DNA from: Sphyrna mokarran
Lineage: Eukaryota
Direction of reading: 5' to 3'
Assembly: GCA_024679065.1 (NCBI GenBank)
Contig: JAGIQG010000130.1
Span: 1 to 64,000, forward strand
Length of the DNA stretch: 64,000 bases
The translations under genes and the position numbers were made by a program. This document shows, piece by piece, positions 40,645-52,650 of the stretch. Position 1 is the first letter of the stretch; each line of letters begins with the position of its first letter. A model generated the notes under the pieces. That model was not told the DNA's origin and ran no database searches. It saw only the letters and a list, made by a program, of their open reading frames with translations.

Positions 40645-42720
40645 ATTTTTGCCATGATATCTGTTGTTCTCTGGGAAATGCAATGCTTTGGGATTTCCCT
40701 GGATCAAATGTTGTTGCTGCAATTAGAATTGACATGAAGAGTTTATAAACTCACTCATACAGAATTAGGAGCCTTACACAAATGTTCACATATCATCGAC
40801 AGGCACAATCATTAGAATGCTGCAACAATTCGCCATTTTTAACATGTATTAGATTCAATGCACCCTTGTGTCCATAAGGTTTACCAGAATTCAATCTAAT
40901 ACTGTAACGTGATAGCAGCTTTCACGAAGATTCAGAGTGGAAGGCTGGAGAAATGGCAGAATCAAAACTTCAAAGCACCTTATGCATGAAACTTAAATAT
41001 CCATTCTTTTACTGAAATTTATGCAGTGTCGGAAATGAACATGGGCAGAAATGAAGGTGAGAATATTTTCAGTTTTATTTCCTTGTGTTTGAGAATTTTG
41101 CCCCAGTAAAATTGAATCTTAGCTCAATGAACTAAGTTCATTGTGATTAATAACTAGACCAGCTAGCAATAATATCTCCAATAACTGTTCCTAATACCAA
41201 GCACATTATTTTTAGGGCAGCAGTTAACAATGGCAGAGATCTACCTACGCAATGGTAAAAGGCTACTTACAGGTTGAAGATTTTGAGAAACAGACATTGT
41301 ATTTAATTTTGACCTGATCTGCAATGGAAAATTCAGAGAACTATAATGAGATGACATTCTTCATACCTTATATTTAGCAGCATTTTACTCACAATCATTT
41401 TCCAGAGAAAGACAATCGAAAAGGTGATGGCATAATGGATATGTTACTGGATTCGTAATCCACAAACTTGGATGAATGAATTAGAGTGCACAAGTTCAAA
41501 TGCAACAATGATAGCTAAGATTTAAGTTAATTAAATACATTTTGAATAAAAAGACAGTATCAATAATGGTGATTAAAAGATAAGTAAAATGGAGCTAAAA
41601 GCCTATCTTGTTCCCTAATGCCATTTAGGAAAGAAAATTAACTGACCTTTTCTTGGTATATATGTAGTTTGCACTAAGTTGATCTTTCACTACATCCTAG
41701 CTATGACTGTAACACCACATTCTGCACTCTCCTTTCCTTTTCTATTAACAGTATGCTTTGTCTTTACAGTGCACAACAAATTATATTTTTCACTGTGAAA
41801 TAATACATGTTACAATAATAAATCAAATCAACATAATTCCAGACCCATTGCAATATAATTGATTCTTAACTCTCTTTATTTTTTATCCAACTGTTACATA
41901 AACGTTGGGTGGGAATTTGCACACCTGTTCTGTGTGTTTTGTGGCAGCCTGCTATTAACTGGTGGCGGGATCTTCTTTTCCCATTTCTCTCAACAGGGTT
42001 TCCAGTTGTTTGTGTCCTCTGCCACGAGGTAACCATTATTCAATTGTCAAAGGCTGCTCTGCAAACAATCAAGTTGTCTTTACCATAGTATCTACACCAC
42101 TGCTACTGCCCCAACAAATGAGGGTGGACCTGGGCAAGATATTATGTCAAGAGTCGATGCAGAGACGATGGGTCGAATGGCCTCCTTCTGCACTGCAATG
42201 ATTCTATCTTTGTACAGTCAACTACTCCAGGAAGAATTTATTCTTGTTTAACATGTCTGGATCAGTTATGTAGCTGCAGTAATTGGCCAAAACAAGAATC
42301 CTATGGAATACCAAACACTCATTTTCACATGCATATTATCAGAATGAGTGCAACTTTAGCATTGAGTGCCAATTCGCTGATGTCAAATTATAAATTTAAC
42401 GGACTGGGGCACAATTCATGTTTGGAATACGTATTTTCCAGAAGCTGCATTGATGATGCGTAACAACCAGTGACTGTAGTTGGCACATTGATTACAAAAT
42501 CTAAATCAGGCAGGGCAGGGGGGTGTGGTGGTAGCAAATAAAAGAAATGGATTAAAAAAATACCTAAGACGCAATTCTCCAGCTTTGCACATCCCTCACT
42601 GCTGCCAGTGAGAACAGAGAATTTGGCGCTCAGCCAAATCTCTATTCACGGCAACGGACCACAGGCAAAGTTGGAGAATTCTGGCTGTAGTCTGCCTGAT
42701 AACTAAAGATCAGGTAAATA
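40645..42720 (+). repeat. Segmental duplication block B, copy 2 (preceded by 40343-40500, paralogous to 22491-22648)
   Basis: Collinear with 9920-12030; 'catggctgccatgagaccggtgaatgaaact...gttgcaaaacagtggcacacag' matches 22491-22648. Confidence 0.92.
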
Positions 42721-42849
42721 TACAACTCATAATTAACATAAATTAATTGGAATGACGACAACTCCTTTCCCACCAACATTTTGGTGGTTTGCGTTAACTA
42801 AATAATTCACAACATCATTTTTTTTGTCCTCTGCTTCTATTCTACACAT

Positions 42850-43035
42850 GATGCAGAGATACCAGCATTAGATTGGGGTGGGCACAGTAAGAATTCTCAC
42901 AACCAGGTTAAAATCCAATAGCTTTATTTGGAATCACGAGCTTTTACAACGTTGTTCCTTCAGGTCCTCATTCCAAAAGCTTGTAATACTAAATTATCTG
43001 TTTGACTTTAACCTGGTGTTGTGAGACTTCTTGCT
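42850..43035. mobile_element. Penelope-like element remnant with inverted pseudo-LTR ends
   Basis: 'cagtaagaattctcacaaccaggttaaaatcc' and 'gactttaacctggtgttgtgagacttcttgc' are inverted copies of the PLE end. Confidence 0.78.
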
Positions 43036-43178
43036 TTATTCTATACAATATAGAAAGAAAATAAGGTTACTTATTACTTACTTATTACAATTTGTTTCCA
43101 ATTGGAGTTCCATTGCCAAATTATAAGGCAGAGAAAGGAAGACAGATAATGGAAAAACACTGCCTTCTTAATCTAACC

Positions 43179-43391
43179 CTAAGAACATTTATATGGTACA
43201 GGCATGTTCATTGACTTGAACAGTGGATACAGATATGAAGCTTCAGACTGTGATGGAATATTACCATTGATCCTGCCCAACAATGCATTGCACCCAGAAG
43301 AAAAATCCCCACGGATTCCAAATGAAAATATAGGTCGAACTTCCTTTCTACAAACGTAGACAGGCTTTTGGGAGTAAGTAAATGGACTAGG
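43179..43391 (-). pseudogene. Candidate exon resembling a sperm-tail PG-rich (SHIPPO/ODF3/STPG-type) repeat
   Basis: After acceptor-like 'ttaaacaacag' the frame reads PSPFTYSQKPVYVCRKEVRPIFSFGIRG..., like the PGP.xY...P.FSFG.R repeat. Another acceptor-like site at 43747 is followed by PGPGTC and then a stop. Motif-level resemblance only. Confidence 0.3.
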
Positions 43392-43914
43392 CTGTTGTTT
43401 AATTGAAGGACAAAGACACCTCATTTTCGTTTCACTCAAGAATGAAGGTTATCAAAATGTATTTAGTACAGCTGCAAAAATTGGTTACTCTAATGTGCTT
43501 TCCATTAAGATATTGAAGGACCTTGTCAACAAAATGATAAGATCATTTTGCACACTATCTCCAAAGAGAAAATCAGTGAACATTTGTGTTTAGCGGGCAT
43601 CTTTGCAGAATTGTTGCACATTCTTTTTACAGCATTTTGTTTTATTTGGGGTTAGGCCACACCCACAATCACACCTCCATTCCTACTTCCTCTCAACTAG
43701 TCTGTCAAATGCAGAACCTTGAAACAATGCAGGTTCCTGGACCAGGCTAGATGGTTATTAAAATACTATAGTGATATTAATATTTGTGAATCCATATTAA
43801 TATGGATACGAATACTGTGAATCCACAAGGACAATGTCATTTTTCAATTTGCTTCCCCATCCTTTTCCTTTCATTGTGCCCATGCTTCTATTTCTCCTGC
43901 AAAAAACAAGATTT

Positions 43915-46520
43915 GGGGAGACGAGGAAACAAGTGTCAACCTGGATCACCTGAAAGGCAGAACTTCCCTCAACTGCAAGTTCAGTATCTGACAAATAGAA
44001 AATGGTTGCTGTGAATAGGTTCCTGGTGGTTATTTTCAGCTGTTGTGGGTTTTGGTGATCATCACCAGAGAATGGTAGGTGATGAAAGTTACAGAGAAAA
44101 TTCACAAACAAACAACTCGCTGCTGGCATTGACAGCGAGTTGAGAGGTGACAGCCCCAGTCTCAATCTGTTTCAGTGACAGCATACAACTGGGGACTTGC
44201 ACAACATATCGCTGATTTCCTGCCAAAGAGTCGTGGTGTAAACGATCATTAGGATATTTTCCGTGGTGTTTTTTGCACAGTTGCAGTGGTACAAAACATC
44301 CAACCCTATTATTTTGGTTATTGTCTAGAGCAGTGGGTCGGGATTTTGTAACTGAAGGTTTGACTCCATTTTTGAGGATATTTCACGTGGGGGACATATG
44401 AAAATCAGTCATGCTTTCAAACCAAAGGAAGCAATCGCTCCGCACATCATCATATGTATCTTTCTACATTTATTTTCACTGCAAGACAAACTTCATTATA
44501 ATCATTTAAAATATATTAATTACTAAAGAATTTACTTCGGCTATTTTTGAATAAAATACTTCTAACAAAATAGTAAAATAAAGTTGATGTATAAAAAGGT
44601 AATTTTAACTATACATTGTTGGTAATGACACATTAAGATGGAATTGCAGCTGATCACTGGTTTGAAGTGATCAATAATTGGTTTGAAAACTACCTGTACG
44701 TTGAAAAGAAAACAATTCCAGAACCTCATTCTGCAGATCAAGAGATTCTATATTCTATTGTTGTTCGAATTAATTTGATGGATTACTCAAAATCAAAAAA
44801 AAAAATTTCAGGCCCTCCCTGTTTGTTTTGCCAATTTCAGCCCTCCTCATTCTCTTGATCTTCTGCCTTTGATACTCGTTCTTGACTGTACCATACTCCT
44901 CCAGCACCACTCTTTGTGATCTAGGAGAATTCCTCTGCCCAAATCTACTTCTAATGTACTTGTACAGCCAGAGAATCTCCTACAATAGTTTCTCTTCTCA
45001 TCCACCCCGTACTGTTACCTCTGGAGCCCCCATGGACCTTTGCTCAGCTAACTATTTTTCATCTAAGTCCTGAACAGCTTTCCCCATTTCCCTTCTTGAG
45101 AACCTCAGAATAATGGCGTTAGCCATCACTATGATATATTTCTGAGAAACAATGTTCTAACAACACCGTATAATAGCAGTTTTTTCAATCACAAATGAGA
45201 TTAGGTGGGAGTGGGGATGGGGTTGGGATGAGGTTGTGGAGGAGGCGATGGTGGTGTTGTGCTGTATTCCATTTTTGCTTAAATTCCACTCAAAAAGCTC
45301 TGTCAAATCTGGCAATGAAAAGAATCACCCTTCTCATCAGAATACAATAAGTATTCGTGTCAAAACAAACTAACTCTATTGTAAACTTTTAAAACATGGA
45401 TCAATTAAGGATTTAATTTTGCCGATGATTAATAAAATATAATTAATAGATTTACAAGAAGTTAATTTTAACTGTAAATACTAAGTACCTCCTGAATCCG
45501 AAATAAAGGTGGAGCCTTCACTGGTGTGTCAGCAATTGATCTGAATCAAGATAAGCACATTGAAAAGAAAACAATTCCATAATGACATTCTGTAGGTCAA
45601 ATGATTCTACATTCTATTGTTATTCAAATTAGCTTGATAGATTGTATAAATCAGAGTGAGATCAGGTATGAAGAGAAAACAACTTAATATTGTCACTCTC
45701 TGTAGAATGGGCAGCACGGTGGCACAGTGATTTGCACTGTTGTCTTACAGCGGCAGGGGCCAGGATTCAATTCTGGCCTCAAGTCACTGTCTGTGTGGAG
45801 TTTGCACATTCTCCCAGTGTTGTTGTGGGTTTCCTTCGGGTGCTTCGGTTTCCTCCCATAGTGCAAAGAAATGTGGATTTGGTTGATAGGACATGCTCAA
45901 TTGCTGCTTAGTGTCAGGGGGATTAGCAGGGTAAATACGTGGGGACAGGACATGAGGTGGGTTGTCGTTGCAGGCCTGATGGGCCAAATGGTCTCTTTCT
46001 GCAGTGAAGGGATTCTATGAGTATCTTTCCTCTGTGAATGATGTGACATCCCTGTTTCTTTTCTCAGTAATTCCACAGCCTTCAACAACATCAGGCTCAC
46101 TATTCTGCTCCAATACTTTCCTTCCACCGTCATCTCCCCTGTAGTCCAACAGAATCTCTCTGCCTGGCCCAGATCAATTTCCTATGTAGCTAAAGAATAT
46201 CTTGTGCTGATTTTTGTCTCATCCTGTTCTGTTGTCTACACATTGCCTCAGAAACATACTTGTCTCTCTCCTATTTCTAATTCACATCCTGCTGGGCTTT
46301 CCCATTTCCCCACTGTACAGCCTTCGAGAAACAGTACAACTGGTCGCTGTGTTGCAGCAAGAGCATCGCAAAACCAACCCCTTTTATACCGTACATTTTC
46401 AACAGAAATTGAAAGAGGGAGATCTTATTTCATTTCTGCAAAGGTTTCCCTTCGAAACTATTAACCAAAACAGGTCACAATTTCAAACTTCAAAGCAAAC
46501 ACTTTATCCTTGCATCATAC
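43915..46520 (+). repeat. Segmental duplication block D, copy 1 (contains L2-like fragments and a V-SINE at ~45708-46020)
   Basis: 'gaggaaacaagtgtcaacctggatcacctgaaaggcagaa' matches 49361; collinear to 'ttcaaacttcaaagcaaacactttatccttg' (~46500 vs ~52630). Confidence 0.93.
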
Positions 46521-46996
46521 TGCTCCTTCTTTTAGGTGCTACCCCAGGATGCACATCAGAGAAGGAGGAGGATGCCCCGTTGCCTGTGATACTCTTGGTG
46601 GGTCTCCCCTGGGTACTTCTCTGTTAATCTCGCTGGCCCTGAGATCCCCTGATGTGAGAAAGGGGAGTTGCGGAAAAAATTTGGACATCCGGGATCAGGG
46701 ATCTCCTGGGTGGAAGGCTGCGGCATGGCCTCAAACCCTCCTTCTCCTTTGGGATGCCCAGAGGCCCTCAGCACTCCATGGGACGCCAGAGTAGCTGGAT
46801 TGAGCTCCACACGTTCTGGCATCACTTGGCTCTACCAGTCCTGGAGGTCCAGATGCATCTGCCCATGATGTGTGATCCCTCAGCCCTGGCCTTCTGAGAC
46901 GAGACCAAGCTCTTTTTGCATGCTCTTCAGGTATGTAAGCAGTGTTTGAGATCCATGCCAATCGTGAGCGTGATTCCAAGAGGAATGCTCACTCAC

Positions 46997-47229
46997 CCTT
47001 GCTGCTCGCAGAAGATTGTACATATTTTTCTGACTCTGCTGGCTGGAGTGCTGTGTCAGGCTCCTGGCATTCACCACTTCTACCATCTCCTCCCACAATT
47101 CTGGGATGGATGCACCCCTCGCATAACTCCCCTGGCCAGGAAATAGACTATGACGCTTCTTTACACAGCATCTAGCACGTGCTCCTGGTCTGCCTCTGAA
47201 AATCTGGGAGCTGGTTTCCATGCAGCCAT
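46997..47229 (-). pseudogene. Frameshifted Myb/SANT-like DNA-binding exon of a PIF/Harbinger transposon (MSANTD/NAIF1-like domain)
   Basis: Joining two frames gives MAAWKPAPRFSEADQEHVLDAV/KKRHSLFPGQG...LWEEMVEVVNARSLTQHSSQQSQKNMYNLLRAAR, matching the PRFS..E...L...V....LF...W..IA..VNA.....RT..Q..KK..DL pattern; ends at donor-like GTGAGT. Confidence 0.8.
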
Positions 47230-47652
47230 CTTTGTGATGTGACTGTCAGTGTCCCCATTCCTGCAGCTCATATACAGCTCTGGTTTATTAGGGGAATGCA
47301 GGTGCAGTGAGTGCGACCAGTCAAGAATCAGTTGGAAACTGTGAAAGATTTTCAAGACTACATTCAGTTGAATGTCATTGTATGCTGACTGGATGTCAGT
47401 CAATAGACTGCTGTGTTCAGATGGGTGCAATACTCAGGGCTCCCATTCAAGAGAAGGAATGATTAGAACCTGGGATTGTGCGCGTCAGCACAATGTGAGT
47501 TCTCTGCAGGGCAGCAGAGTTTAAGGGATGGAGGAATTCTGTTCACACTTTATCCGGATCCATGGGAGCATGAGGTGAGCTGGTAGCCATGTCTGCGTGT
47601 AGGGTGATATGGGAAGGTTCTAACGAAGCCAGCAATGTGTGTTGCAGAGTTG

Positions 47653-48318
47653 AATATGAGCGAAATATTTGCAGCAAGACTTTTCCCCGTGAAGCCAGGA
47701 GTCTCAGCGAGCGAGTTACCAGTGTGAATGAGAGACTTAGCCGTGATTCTCCCAAAAGTGCTGAATTGGCGGGAAAACTGTTTTAAATCCTGACTGTTTT
47801 CTCAGTTCAGCTTCTCACCCAAATCCCCACAGAGAGTCAGTTGTGGAAATCATTAAACGCTGGGGCCAAAGAGCCTGAAGCCAGTGATGTGTGTGGGGGT
47901 TGTAGGGACATTGATGAGGCCAGTGATGTGCACTGGGGCCTGTGGGGGCCAGTAGTAAATCCAGTGGTGTGTGTGTGTTGGGGCCAGTAATGTGGGTAGG
48001 GTTTGGATGACAGTGATCTGGATGCTGGGACGTCTTTTCTACGAACTCCCAGTGATGTGCGCATGTGCGTACTCTCACTCATCCCACCAATTTCAGGCTC
48101 TTTGGCCCCAGCGTTTAATGATTTCCACAACTGACTCTCTGTGGGGATTTGGGTGAGAAGCTGAACTGAGAAAACAGTCAGGATTTAAAACAGTTTTCCC
48201 GCCAATTCAGCACTTTTGGGAGAATCACGGCTAAGTCTCTCATTCACACTGGTAACTCGCTCGCTGAGACTCCTGGCTTCACGGGGAAAAGTCTTGCTGC
48301 AAATATTTCGCTCATATT
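47653..48318. repeat. Perfect 227-bp inverted repeat (47653-47879 / 48092-48318) with 212-bp spacer
   Basis: Arms read as exact reverse complements; the ORF track shows the identical peptide YERNICSKTFPREARSLSERVTSVNERLSRDSPKSAELAGKLF on both strands. Confidence 0.95.
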
Positions 48319-49354
48319 TAATCAGGGGACAGTAGCAATGCCCCCATCCTGCAGCCTCCCACTTACGAATGGATCCCACCCTTAGCTCTGGAAGCATTGT
48401 TACCAATGATGGAACTATTTGATTTGGAGTTGCTCAGACAGCACGTGGAGGGATTTGAAAACAATGATGAAAATTGTAAAATTGAGACATTGCTTAGCTG
48501 GAAAGCGCTGTATGTCAGTGAGCTCAGAGTAATGAGTGAATAATTTATCACACAGGCAGCAAAGCTTTGAGTGATATCAAGTTTCCAGAGGAATTTTTTT
48601 TATTTGTTCATGGGATGTGGGCATCGCTGACTGAGCTAGAGTTTACTGCCCATCCCTAATTGCCCTAAACTAACTGGCTTGCTAGGCCAGTCCAGAAGGC
48701 ACTTAAGAGACAACCCATCACAGGTAGGTGAGACCAGGTAAGGATTGCAGATTTTCTTCCCGAAAGAACAATAGTGAATCATATAGGATTTTACGACAGT
48801 TGACAATGGTTTTGTGGTCATTCTTAGTCTTTTCATTGAAAATTTCTGTTGAAATCTCATTGAAATTTGGAAGGGTGGCAGGGATAGTCTTTGCTACTGA
48901 GATGGTAAATAGAAATAGATCATCTTAATAATGGCACGGATATGTGGTTAGTGACTCACCTCAGGATCAAATATAGCACCCAAACTGCAGTCTCAGGTGT
49001 TGGCAAGGAGACAACCAAAGTCAGTAGCTAAGGAATGGCGTTTGTTGTGAGGACTAAAGACAACGGCTTAAGTTTCCCCAAGTTTCTGCTTATCTGGTAC
49101 TGGATACACTGGGAGTTATAAAACAGAATCTTTGCGCCTTGTCATTATGACATGGGAAAGACACATGAAGTTGTCTGTTGCCATGATCATCATGGGCCAT
49201 GAGCAGGGCTCTGGTGATTTAGATTTGGTCTACTTCTTGGGTTCGCATCTGAGTATAAGTGTGGTATCTCCTAAAGCTACATTGCAGCTTTTTGTCGTGA
49301 CTGTTAGTGCTTTTCCTAGACTGAACAGCAAAAGGCAAAACTTGGTATCAGAGG

Positions 49355-52300
49355 CAAGATGAGGAAACAAATGGCAACCTGGACTACCTGAAAGACAGAA
49401 TTTCCCTCAACTGCATGTTCAGTATCTGACAAATATATGATGGTTGCTGTGTGTGGGTTCGTGGTGGTCATTTTTAGCTGTTGTTGGTTTTGGTAGTCAT
49501 TACCAGAGAATGTTGGGTGATGAAAGTTACAGAGAAAGCTCCCAAACCAACACCTCGCTGCTGGCACTGACAGCGAGTTACGAGGGGACAGCCCCAGTCT
49601 CAGTCTTTTTCAGTACCAGCTTGCAGCTGGGAACTGACACAACATATCCCTGATTTCCTGCCTAGGTACTTGGATAAAGGTGCAAATGGGCATTAGGATA
49701 TTCTCTGTGGTGTTCTCTGCAAAGTTGCAGTGGTACAAGACAGCCAATCCTATTATTGTGGTTATTTTCCAGAGCAATGCGTTGGGATTTTGTAACTGAA
49801 GGTTTTGTTGCATTTTTGAGGATATTTCACACGGGGGACCTATGAAAATCAGTCATGCTTTCAAACCAAAGGAAGCAATCTCTCCACACATGGTCATATG
49901 TATCTTTCCACATCTATTTTCACTCCAAGACAAAATTCATTGTAAATATATAAAATATATTAATACTGAAGAATTTACTTCCAAAGAACAAAGAACAACA
50001 CAGCACAGGAAACAGGCCCTTCGGTCCAACAAGCCCGCGCCGCCATTTTAATATTGTGAATGCCCTCCTCTGCCTATGACCTTTGTCTACGCCTATTAGC
50101 AAAGATTGAGGGAAGACCAATTTAAGGACAATTTGTTACACCTCAGCGCACGTTTTTCGAGTGTGTGAGGAAACTGGAGCACCAGGGGAAAACCCACGCA
50201 ATCATGGGGAGAATGTGCAAACTCCCGCAGACACTAGCCCAAATCATGTATCTGCACAGCAAACAGTGATCGTCACCGAGCTGTCATGTTGCCCATCACA
50301 TGGTCCACTTTAAGTTACACTAAGACGTGAACCACTAGGCAATCAGTTTCATTGATCTTTCAATGAAATACCTGTTCTAAAATAAAGTAGGTGTCTCAAA
50401 AGGTAATTTTGGGAGGCAAGGTAGCACAATGGTTAACACTGCTGCTTCACAGTGCCAGAGACCTGGGTTCGGTTCCCGGCTTGGGTCGCTGTTGTGTGGA
50501 GTGTGTTCATTCTCCTTGTGTCTGCATGCGGTTTCCTCCGGGTGCTCCGGTTTCCTTCTACAGTCCAAAGATGTGTGGGTTAGATTGATTGGCCCCTTAG
50601 TGTCCTGGAATATGTTCATTAGAGGGAATAATGGGTAAATATGTAGGGATAGGGGGCTACGGTCTGGGTGGAATTGTGGTTGGTGCAAACTCAATGGACC
50701 AAATAACCTGTTTCTGCACTGTAGGGTTTCTATGATAACTATACATTCCTGGTAACTACACATTAAGGTTGAGTTGCAGCTGATCACTGGTTTGAGGTGA
50801 TCAATAATTGGTTTGAAAACTACCTGTACGTTGAAAAGAAAACAATTCCACAACCTCATTCTGCAGGTCAAGAGATTCTATATTCTATTATTGTTCGAAT
50901 TAACATCATAGGTTACTCAAAATCAGAAACAATTGCACTTTCAGACCGTCCCCAATTGTTTGTTTCCCCAATTACAGCCCTCCTCATTCTCTTAATCTTC
51001 TGCCTTTCACACTCTTTCTAGACTACACCATTCTCCTCTAGCACCACTCTTTGTGGTCTAGGAGTATCTCTCTGCCCAAATCTACTTCTAATGTACTAGT
51101 AGACAGAAATCTCCTGCAATAGTTTCTCTTCTCGTCCACCCCGGACTGTTACCTCTGGAGACCCCGTGGATCTTTGCTCAGCTGACTATTTTTCATCTAA
51201 GTCCTGGACAGCTTTCCCCATTTCCCTTCTTAAGAACTTCAGAGCAACAGTGTAAGCCATCACTATGATATCTGAGAAACAATGTTCTAACTACACAACC
51301 TCCCCTATTATAGTAGCTTTTTTCAATCACAAATGAGATTAGGTTGGGGTGGGGATGGGGGTGAGATGAGGTTGTGGAGGAGGGGGATGCTGGCAGTGTT
51401 GTGCTTTATTCCATTTTTGTTAAATTTCACCAAAAAGCTCTGTCAAATCTGGCAATGAAAAGAATCACCCTTCTCATCAGAATACAATATTAATCCACAA
51501 GTTTTCATGCCAAGACAAACTAACTCTATTCTAAACTTTTAAAACATCAATCAATTAAGACTTTAATTTTACTGATCATTAATGAAATATAATTCATAGA
51601 TTTACAAGAAGTTAATTTTAACTATAAATACTGAGTACCTCCTGAATCCAAAATAAATGTGAAGCCTTCACTGGTGTGTCAGCAACTGATCTGAATCAAG
51701 GTAACTACATTGAAAAGAAAACAATTCCATCATCACATTCTGTAGGTCAAACGATTCTACATTCTATTGTTGTTCAAATTAGCTTGACATTATATAAATC
51801 AGAGTGAGGTCAAGTATGAAGAGAAAACAATATTGTCACACTGTGTAGCATGATGGCACAGTAGTTAGCACTGCTACCTCACAGCGCCAGGGACCCGGGT
51901 GCAATTCTGGCCTCAAGTCACTGTCTGTGTGAAGTTTGTGCATTCCCCCTGTGCCTGTGTGGATTTCCTCCAAGTGCTTTGGTTTCCTCCCACAATCCAA
52001 AGATATGCCGATTATGTTGACTGGACATGCTGCATAGTGTCAGGGGGTTTAGCATGGTAAATACATGGGGTAGCAGGGATAGGACCTGAGGGGGATTGTC
52101 GTTGCAGGCTTGATGGGCTAAATAGCCTCTTACTTCAGCGAAGGGATTCTATGAGTATCGTTCCTCTATTAGTGATGTGATATACCTTTTCCTTTTCTCA
52201 GTAGTTCCACAGACTTCGACACCATCAGCCTCACCACGTTGCATCAATACTTTCCTTCCACCAACATCTCTGCTGTAGTCCGACAGAATCTATTTGCCCT

Positions 52301-52650
52301 GGCCTAGATGAATTTCCTATGTAGTTGGAGCTAAAAAATATCTTGCATTGATTTTTGTTTCATCCCGCACTGTTGTCTACACAGTCCACCCAGAAACTTA
52401 CTTGTTCTCCCCCTATTTCTAATCCACATGCTGCTGGCCTTTCCCATTTCCCCATTGTAGAGAAACAGTGTAACTAGTTGTTGTGGTGCAGCAGCAGCAT
52501 CTCATAACCGACTCCTTTAAACCATACATTTTCAACAGAAATTAGGAGAGGAAGATCTTACTTCATTTCCATAAAGATTTCCCTTCGAAAGTGTTGATCA
52601 AAACCAGTCACATTTTCAAACCTCAAAGCAGACAATTTCACCTTGTGTCA
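49355..52650 (+). repeat. Segmental duplication block D, copy 2 (extra SINE insertions ~49985-50300 and ~50410-50735; shared SINE ~51845-52155)
   Basis: Collinear with 43915-46520, e.g. ORF-track peptides MINNWFENYLYVEKKTIP at 44667 and 50797. Confidence 0.93.

Noticed and set aside
40645-40748. 'LWDFPG' resembling the IRG GTPase G3 motif
   Set aside because: No G1 P-loop upstream, the paralog reads LWDRSG, and a stop follows shortly.
49690-49770. Ig-like 'DSQSYYC' and GPCR-like 'NPII' motifs in block D
   Set aside because: The YYC is not conserved in the paralog, frames are full of stops, and no upstream Cys/Trp, RSS or transmembrane series was found.
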